Shown here piece by piece: positions 55,185 to 64,000 of a DNA stretch of 64,000 bases. The notes beneath the pieces are model-generated. The model had not been told where the DNA came from. It did not search any database and worked only from the letters and a program-made list of their open reading frames with translations. The stretch spans positions 75,206,001-75,270,000 of the forward strand of contig OX597814.1 in the NCBI GenBank assembly GCA_951406725.2, read 5' to 3'. Positions within the stretch are counted from its first letter, which is position 1. The number at the start of each line of letters is the position of its first letter. The position numbers were made by a program, and so were the translations under genes. This DNA comes from Octopus vulgaris. Lineage: Eukaryota.

Positions 55185-55309
55185 TACAGTCAAGGTTTGT
55201 AATGGGAAAACACTCTGTTCTATTGGAACATAAAGATCTTGCAAGAGAGCAGAGTCAACCTTAACAAACCAACCAGCCAAGGAGTTATTGTTGTTTAGTG
55301 GAAGCAGTG

Positions 55310-56255
55310 TACCAAAGAAAATCAAGATGTGGGAGAGAAATGTATGCAGAAGGGTGATGGCATGCTTGTATTTAGTGATTCTGAAAAGAAGAAGGCTTGG
55401 AAGTGTTTATGAAAGGTTATTAAATGTGGAGAATGTATGGAAATGAGAAGCTTCCTAATGTGATTTCAACAGGGGATTCAGTCATTTGTGTTGACAACAG
55501 TGTTATAGATAAAGTAATGAAGAAAATGAGATTGAGAAAGCCCCTGGTTCATCAAGAATCTTTGACAGGGAGCCCTACTAATGTGCTCTTTATAGGTCAG
55601 TAACTACAGGAGAAGTATTTAGCAAAAGATAAACCACTGTACTTATCATTTGTTAATCTGGAGAAAGCCTTTGACAAGGTGTCTTGATTTCCCTATTTGG
55701 TGGTGGCTGCTAAAGCTAGTGAGAGCTGTTCAAGCCATGTACAGAAATGCTGTTAGCAAAGTGAGAGTTAAATATGAGTACAGTAGTGAATTTAGTGTGC
55801 AGGTAGGAGTTCATCAGGGTTCACTTATCAGTCCCCTCCCATTTATAATACTCCACCAGGCTATAACAGATGAATTTGATATTGGTTGTGCATGAGAACT
55901 CCTCTACACTGATGACCTAGTTATTATAACTGAAAGTGTAGAAGAATTAGAATTAAATTCCAAGTATGGAAGCAAAACCTGGAATCAAAGGATCTTAAGG
56001 TTAACTTAGCACAAACTACAGTTCTAATTAGCAGGAAAACAGACAGAACATTAATCTCTGGGTAAATAACCCTGTTCTATATGTAGACAAGATGTGGGTA
56101 GAAATTCCATACAGTGTACTCAGTGCAAACTGCATGCCAAAGCAGACATAGAACATGGCAGAGCCCTCTTGCTCATTTGTTTGTTCTTGTCAAACTATCT
56201 AACCCATGCCAGTATGATAAAAGGGACATAGAATGATGATGCTGAAAATGATGAT
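55310..56255 (+). mobile_element. RTE-clade LINE fragment (RT core) fused to its 3' tail
   Basis: FVNLEKAFDK, LVRAVQAMYRNAVSKVRVKYEYSSEFSVQVGVHQGSLISPL and ELLYTDDLV. Ends in aacccatgccagtatg...(gat)n tail. Confidence 0.88.
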
Positions 56256-56920
56256 GAAATTTTACAAGTGCCAAAAGTAGATTCTGCAGTAAACTGTCTA
56301 TACTTCATGCGAAAACAGGAATACTTTGGTACACTGGAAATTTCAAACTGCAGTTGAAGCAGAATACTGATGCACGAGACAAACTAGATTGTAAAGCTGT
56401 TAGATAATAAAAGAATCCTTTAGCTGACAGAATAGATGTCTACATACGTCACAATACTGCATTTAATTGAAAAACTATCAATCTAATTCTTTGCAGAAGA
56501 GTTGGGTCCAGAATTCTTTCTATTAACTACTTTACATCACCACCACTGTACTGTTATGGACATTATGCCCACCATTTATATTCAATAGATATGTTTTGAG
56601 TAAAACTTAAGATGGGTTCTAAAACCCATTACATTATAGAGGGAACCACTAAAAATTCTACCCTTGTTTCTGGTGATGAGTACACACAGAACTTTAGAAT
56701 GGTCAATGATAACATTTTGAATTGAAGTCAAAATATGGCGATCTTGTAAATATTATCATCAGTTGTATAACGGAGATAAGAAAAAGTTAAGTAGATTCTG
56801 AATAGATGATTATTTATAAAAATTTACATGGTCACTCCTGTTTAGTTTAAGGGCAACCCTTATCAAGCAAGGCATTCTATTTGTAAACGTACTATCTTTT
56901 TATGGATATGTAAAATTAAA

Positions 56921-57106
56921 CCCTTTAGCATTCAGATTTCTCTGTCAAGTGTAATGCTTATTTACTCGTACTGATATCAATTAGTTATGATTATTTATTT
57001 TTAGAATAATATTGTAGGGTAAGTGTGAGAGGTCAGAGCTGGCCAGTTTGAAGATAAAAGAGGTGGATTATTTTGGCCAGATATGGCTGGTTTAAATGCT
57101 AAAGGG
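56921..57106 (-). mobile_element. MITE family A (TIR ccctttagcatt, TTAA-type target)
   Basis: ccctttagcatt...aatgctaaaggg followed by ttaa. Opposite-orientation copies at about 9543-9746, 31774-31993, 33218-33386 and 6606-6800. Confidence 0.85.
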
Positions 57107-59286
57107 TTAATATATCCTTTCCTTATTTAAGATAGTAAAGTATGATTTCAGAGTGACCTGACTGCTATTTCTGACAAGTTTAGTGACTGCAAAGAGGTTG
57201 CCTCATTGGCTGCCATATTTCAAACTCTGTCAGAGTTGACAATTTTTCCATCATGTAGTACTAAAAATAGTACTACAAGATGGTAGTGAAAATGGTGGTG
57301 AATCCATAAACATGTTGAATCATAAAGAAATCACTAAAGATTTTGTTTTCATGCAGTAAGCCATTTTAATCTATAACAAGAGTTGAATACATCACAGCAT
57401 ATTAACAGAACATTTCATTACTTTACAGTGCTGTCACTGCTTGCATTTGTCAGTACCCTTATCTGTTCTCTCAAAACATTCCTGTTGTAGCCATGATATT
57501 TTCTATTTTATTGTTCTGCAATCTACAATACAGTTAGCTCTTTTCCAACTGTATTGTGTAGATTGTAAAAGTTCCCAAATGTGTTTTGAACCGTGGTCCC
57601 TTAACTAGAAGATTCCATCCTAATGGCCATTGCTTTTCACTTTACTGTAATATCCTAATTAAAAGTATTAATTTACATACCACGCATAACAGACAATAGC
57701 ACAACATTAATGTCTATAATAGTTAATTCAAAAAACTGATTAAACATTTTCGGTTAACTCATTTAACAAAATTAATGAACTAGAGCTTTCTAAAGTCTGA
57801 TGGACATTTAATGCCTAATTCCTTGATCAATAAATTCCCAGAGTGATGAATAGATGAAAGATAATGTATGGTACATCTGTATAAATTAATGTTCCCTGTT
57901 ACTGTGTTTCCCATTAGCCCTTTCCATAGATAATCATGTCATGTTGTTACAGCCAACAATACGACCTACTCTGCAAATCATAAGTCTATTATATATAGAT
58001 TTATGCTCTAACCATCATCTAGATACTCTTTATTCTTTTTCACTATACATGTACTAAGGATTGACTTCAGTTCATGAATACCAGTATTATATTCACATAG
58101 AAGAGCAATTGATTATACTTGCTTGCTAAAATAAGAACTGACAGTATACTCTTTGAACATGAACATAGCTCATCATTGTAATGTGTTAGATTTAAAAAAA
58201 AAAAAAGGCAATCATTTGTGTTAAGCAAGCATGGTGGTGGGGGGAGGTACTAAGCAAAAATAAATCACCAGGAGTGAAACCACTGAATCAAGGGGGCCAT
58301 TTCAAGCCTGCTGGATCTGCTAGAAATGACAGCTAAAACTTCTAACTATCACACCCGACAATCTTTTTAAAGATAATATGGTCCTAGATGTACTGTATGT
58401 TAATAAAAATGTTATGCCCAAGGCAAACATAAGGGCCTTTAAGTAAAAATATTTCTTATGAAGATGAACCTGGCGTTAAAGTTGTTTTATAAATCCCACC
58501 AAAACATTAGATAATATAGTTTCAGATATTCCACAAACGATGGTATGGTCATATTTGTATCATATTTGATTATAAGGTCTGTTCTACCAGGGTTAACTTG
58601 CAGCTAAACAATACTTTGAAGTAGTATCCATATTGAGCACAATAACAAATTTTTTAAAATTAAATTTCAGCAAAGATATTTACAAGTTAGATTACAAAAT
58701 GCACAGTTCAGTTTATTTTCTATGACAAAATTTCACCTTAATTTATTTCTTCCTAATAATACAACCTAATTAGCAGGTTTCTTAAACTTTTCAATAGGAT
58801 AGTCTATACACCATTTACAGAAGTCTTTGTAAAACATCTCTCAATTTCTAAATTGCTTTTGTATCACTTTAAAGAGTAGCTTCATACAAGCATTTCCAAT
58901 AATTAAATATTTTACTTTGATAAGAACATAATTAAATTATGAAAGAAAAAGTATCTAAATAACTACTATCACTATAATCATGAGTTGTATTGTGAGCAGC
59001 AAAAATCCAAACAATACCATATTTATCCACTCTCAATATGTTCTGGCAAGTTCAGATGGAAACATGCTGATCACCGATCCTTTTCATCAGAGAGTATCGC
59101 CTACCTTTAGATGATGTATGTTCATAACACACACAAGAGTGCACTTTGCACCAAAAGCCAACATGAGAGATTTTTTCATGGTAACTAATGCAGTAAAGAT
59201 TGTTCTAACAGAACAACCACTTTTATGTGGGGATAAATACACAATTCATTGATATAAGGGTATTTTAAGACTCCATATTTTTCCAG

Positions 59287-59698
59287 CTTATAGTGTGCCC
59301 CCTCAGTCAAATTGCCCCCACCTTGCACCTGCAATCAATGTATCTAACAAGAGTACTGGCTCTTGTTTAAGGAAATCAACAAACAAATTATTTGCTAATG
59401 CATGCTGAACAACTGATACTGATTCATGAGATGCATGCAGAACAACAAGAATCCTAACAATAATGTATCCATTCTCATATTCAAGTTTAAATCTGCTAGA
59501 ATATATTGAGATTGAACAGATATGTTCTTGCTTGGATTTTTGCTGTTCAGTGTGCAACACATGAATTAATATAAGTTTGGCAGATATCAGCATGCATCAC
59601 CAAATAATTGGTTAGCTGATTTCTATAAATAAAGGGCATGTACTTTTGTTTGATTTATTGATCCAGGGGCAGCTTTGACTAAGGAGACACACAATAAG
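59287..59698. mobile_element. MITE-like element with ~33-bp imperfect TIRs
   Basis: Left cttatagtgtgccccctcagtcaaattgcccc; the right end reverse-complemented reads cttattgtgtgtctccttagtcaaagctgcccc. Confidence 0.6.
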
Positions 59699-59851
59699 GT
59701 TGAAACACTGGTGTCTCAACGCTCTCTTACGTCAATGAATTATGTATGTTATGAACACACATTGTCTATAGAGAGGAGGTGTTCTCTGATGAAGGAAAAC
59801 AATAGTGGTCAGCATATTCATGTTTGAATCTGTCAGAATGTACTGAGAATG

Positions 59852-60042
59852 TAAGGTGGCGAGCTGGTAGAAACGTTAGCACACCGGGCGAAATGCTTAG
59901 TAGTATTTTGTCTGCCATTACATTCTGAGTTCAAATTCCATCCTTTCGGGGTTGCACTGGGGTAGATATAATCGACTTAATCCGTTTGTTTGTCTTTGTT
60001 TGTCCCCTCTGTGTGTAGCCCCTTGTGGGTAGTAAAGAAATA
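59852..60042 (+). mobile_element. young tRNA-derived SINE with 17-bp target-site duplication
   Basis: A and B boxes present, CpGs retained, tail ccccttgtgggtagtaaagaaata. TSD agaatgtactgagaatg at 59835-59851 and 60043-60059. Confidence 0.9.
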
Positions 60043-60916
60043 AGAATGTACTGAGAATGGGTAGATATATTACTATAACCATTATACTGCTAATTTCGTT
60101 TACCATGCTGATAATATATAAACATTTTCCCTATTGGCAAAAACAACAACAACAATCCATGTTTCTGCATATGTAGTATGTTCTTGTACATAGAGAGGGT
60201 TCGACTGCTTGTCCTGGCATTTTAAAAAGTCTGTTTTATCTTCATTCTCTTCATTAATCTTATGGACTTCAGATGATTATGAAGAATGATTAGCTAGCAT
60301 TTCATAGACATTTGTAGTCTAATCTGACATTGTGACAAGGCTAGCTTTTGCACAGTTTCCATCCATTCAATTTCACTCAACAAGACTCAAATCAACACAA
60401 GACTATAACAGAAAATACTTGTTCAAGATGTTGTGCAGTAGGATTGAACTCAGAAACTCGTGCTTTCTAAGCAAACTTAACAAAATGGTCATGCATCTAC
60501 AACTATGGGAATGGTAGTCACACCTATACTGCATATCCTTGCAATTTTAAAGTTTTATATTTGGAAAACTTTTCAGTTTCTGATTAAAATTTTTTTTGTT
60601 ATTACTTTTTTTCCTTAAAATAAAATCAAGAGTTGCTTCATTTCCATATATCAAAATTTTTAAAAGAACCAAAATATTCCACATCTCCATAACTTACTCA
60701 AAAATATTAACTAAACACAGAATGTATAACTAAAACACAAAGATAAAAAAAAAACAAATTGCACCAATACAATTTGGAATTTAAAAATAAAAACAAAAAA
60801 AAAATGCACTAATATCCAGACTTTATATACATGGATGTATTAAAATATTCCCCAAAAAATTTTCCAAGCATTTTACTTATTTCTTTTAGTACCAGTATAA
60901 ATGAATTTCGGCTTAC

Positions 60917-60946
60917 CTCTTTTTAACAACTTATGTTCAGTCTTAT
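60917..60946 (-). CDS. candidate 30-nt microexon of the GALNT stem region
   Basis: Long poly-T tract then acctccttggtcataag|ATAAGACTGAACATAAGTTGTTAAAAAGAG|gtaagc; phase 1-1, open frame KTEHKLLKR. Confidence 0.5.
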
Positions 60947-63343
60947 CTTATGACCAAGGAGGTAAAAAAAAAAAAATGCCAATTTAAATAAAATTGTGCA
61001 ACAAAAATAATAATAATAATAAAAACCCAAAAAGACAACAGTAAACATATATGGGAAAAACATCATATGGTGAGAATACACACATACCAATATATTAAAG
61101 ATACTTTTTTTGTTTGTTTGTTTCTTCTGTAAAGCTATGCTTTACAAATAGATTTGCTGACATGCATTCACAGAGAGAGAAAACAGTGATATACAATGAT
61201 ATTGGGAGAGTGGGGTCAGGGGGGGGGGGGGTGATCCAGCTGAAGAACACAATACTGAAAATCAATAACTCTTATGGAAAAAGGTAAATAAACGTCTTTG
61301 AATTGGTGAACAACCATATGTTAGAACTCTGTTCCATCTAGCTATGGTTACATTCTTACAAAATATAAAAGCTGTATTCTCAACAGGAAATTTTCATATC
61401 TATTTATATGAATATTTATGTGTGTGTTTCAGCATATATATAATATATACACTCTCACATACATGTATACGTACTGACTATTATGCTAAAAGATAGTGAG
61501 AAAAGTGTTATTTTTTTGCCTAATATATCACATACAGGTTGGGACAATTAGTTATTACACCAAACATTCAACAAAGCACAAAAAAAGTTGTTTCAAATCT
61601 ATACTGCTACCCAGTAAAATTTAACATTGACAGTTAGGAAAGAAAAAAGTGTACATGCATGTTATTAACTAGGGTGAAGACTATGGATAGACAATAAAAA
61701 TACCTACAGTGCACATCTAATCTAATTGGCTTGATATGACAACAAACTAGAGAAGGGTAGGGATCATGAGAAAATAACAGGGGTAGTACAATATGTAATA
61801 GGGAGAAGAGAGTGTGTGGCAGGGTAAGAGTCAAAGTAATGAACATATAATTTAGAAATATATATATATATATATGAACACATAGGGAAAATATCCTCTA
61901 AAATACAAAATCAAATGAATAAAAAAATACATATAATCTTTACGAAATTTAAGAGAATATAAATACATTTTTATCTGTACACAAAATAAATTCTCTTTGA
62001 AAGTATGTCAAAATTTCTAAAAGGTTGTGTAGCACATCTAAAAATACCAAATACCAGATTACTATTTATAACTAGGGATTAAATGTAACTATAGAAACAG
62101 CAGAGATTAATTGCAAGCAGAATCAGTAGCCTAAAACATGAGTTAGTATTAATATCATACAAGAAGAAAGGAAATATATATTTCTTAAACTATTAAACTT
62201 TCAAAGTGTCTACCACAATCAATCCAGGTAGTGAGTCGTTTCACCAACTAATTGATCTATTTATTTGAAATAAAAGGCTCGTTAGTATTTTAAAATATCA
62301 ATAATTTATTTCTTGTTATTGTTTTATAATATTATATTGAACATTAAAATCCACCAATATCCCCAAAAAAGAAGAAAACTACAGTGACAACTAATGCAAA
62401 AAATTAAAAACTTAACAAAACAAAACAAAAATTAAAGCAAGCAAAACAAAAATAAGAAGCAAGACATAAAACATCTGAGAAGGGATGCAACAATCCTGTC
62501 GATAATATTGATTTCTTCCTTAAGTACAAAGGGAAAAGTGAATATAGTTAACTGAACTGACCCCAGCTTCTTAACAGTACTATTTTATTGACTCTAGACA
62601 GATGAAAGACACAGCTGATGTCAAAAAGCCTTGAACTCCAATTGTGGTGACATGCTGATAATGCTAATCCACCCCATACTTACAGGCTACTATTCTAAAT
62701 GAAAAGCTATCTTAAAAGATATTTGGATTTTGCAGCAGTGTTCAGTGAAAACTGACATTTTAAACTAGCAAAATACTGAATAGATTTTTGAAAACAATTG
62801 CTTGCAGCCTGAGTGTAGTTAAAGAAAGGTAATGATCCAGGAAGATGAGTCATAACCAGTTCCAGCGAGTGGATGTGGTTATTCAGACTATGGCACTAAT
62901 GCTCTTTGGAAAGTATGGAACTCATAATATTCAATTCATTCTCAGGAGTCAATGAGAAAAATAAACCATCAATAGATATCACTAATTATAAGAAGTCAAG
63001 CAGAAAATGCAAGAATTTCATTTACAAAAAGAAAATTGAAATTTAATTGAAATAAACAAGCTTATTAGTATTACTATATTTACATTTTATAAATACACCA
63101 ATGTTAATAACTACCAAAATTGAAAAAAATAAAACAAAACAAAAACTTCAAGTCAAGTAATACAGAATGAATGGCACAGAGAGGAGAGGAAAAAGAGTAG
63201 AAAAGATAAGGAGACAGTGGGGAGATACACACACACACAGATATAGTAGGTATGAAGTTGGAAGACAAAAAAGGGACACAAAACCAGTCCAACTGGGCAT
63301 CTTTCCAAGTATGATTATGCACATAAAAATGCAAATCAAATGC

Positions 63344-63344
<1 letters not shown>

Positions 63345-63375
<31 letters not shown>

Positions 63376-63388
63376 GCAAGTGTGTGCA

Positions 63389-63429
<41 letters not shown>

Positions 63430-63475
63430 AAAATATACATACATATTAGTGTTTGTGTGTATGTGTGTATATATG

Positions 63476-63523
<48 letters not shown>

Positions 63524-63540
63524 CACACACACACACACAC
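63345..63540. repeat. compound (TA)n/(GT)n/(CA)n microsatellite
   Basis: Seen directly; explains the overlapping YIYI ORFs. Confidence 0.95.
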
Positions 63541-64000
63541 CTGAATTCAATTGTGTCATGTGAAATCTTGGGCAAGTGTCTACTGTAATAGCCTCAGACT
63601 AATTATAAACACACACACTCACTAGCTCTATGTTATTAGACAACTAGTTAACTAAATTGATTGTTTGATTAATATTTCGGCTAATCAATAAAACAGCTAG
63701 GTTTTTGAAAGTTCTTTCTTCACTATTTCATGACCTTATGAATGACATGCCTTCTCTGTTAGTCTGCTGCAGAAAGATCTGAAGCTGTCTTTGAGTAGAG
63801 AGGGCATATCATTGATGAGGTTGCAAATGACAATGAGAGGTCTTTGATGAACCTAGTTGACTGATTGACTGGATGGGTAATCAAACATTTGATGAGTTAA
63901 TTAACTGGTTAACTATGTGTTTAATAAGAAGTGAAATAGAACCAGTGTGTTTATTTGTTATTGGTATAATGACCCTCTCAAGATACAAGAAAACCTCTTT

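Noticed and set aside
62684-62710. another 27-nt phase-1 open segment with a gtaagt donor
   Set aside because: A stronger internal acceptor (ttttcatttag) would give an 11-nt frameshifting exon. This shows that such patterns can arise by chance.
63104-63588. five overlapping ORFs
   Set aside because: Translation of microsatellites.

Overview
This is AT-rich, repeat-dense animal genomic DNA. The SINE, RTE and microsatellite repertoire looks like a coleoid cephalopod, probably Octopus (inference from recognition, not a search). Most or all of the window appears to be intron of one minus-strand gene, a polypeptide N-acetylgalactosaminyltransferase of the GALNT1/GALNT13 type. Two exons are firm (22038-22203 and 7744-7913) and have matching splice phases. 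Upstream are three candidate 27-30 nt phase-1/phase-1 microexons (60917-60946, 47605-47631, 42879-42905) that splice into one open stem-region peptide. The introns carry four TIR-bounded Tc1/mariner relics, a pogo relic, RTE LINE fragments with long purine/pyrimidine-skewed tracts, tRNA-derived SINEs and TTAA-type MITEs. Several hammerhead-ribozyme motifs of the Penelope type sit inside TA-microsatellite islands, two of them with very long helix II. Most ORF-track entries are spurious. All alignments and folds were done by eye, so repeat boundaries are approximate.
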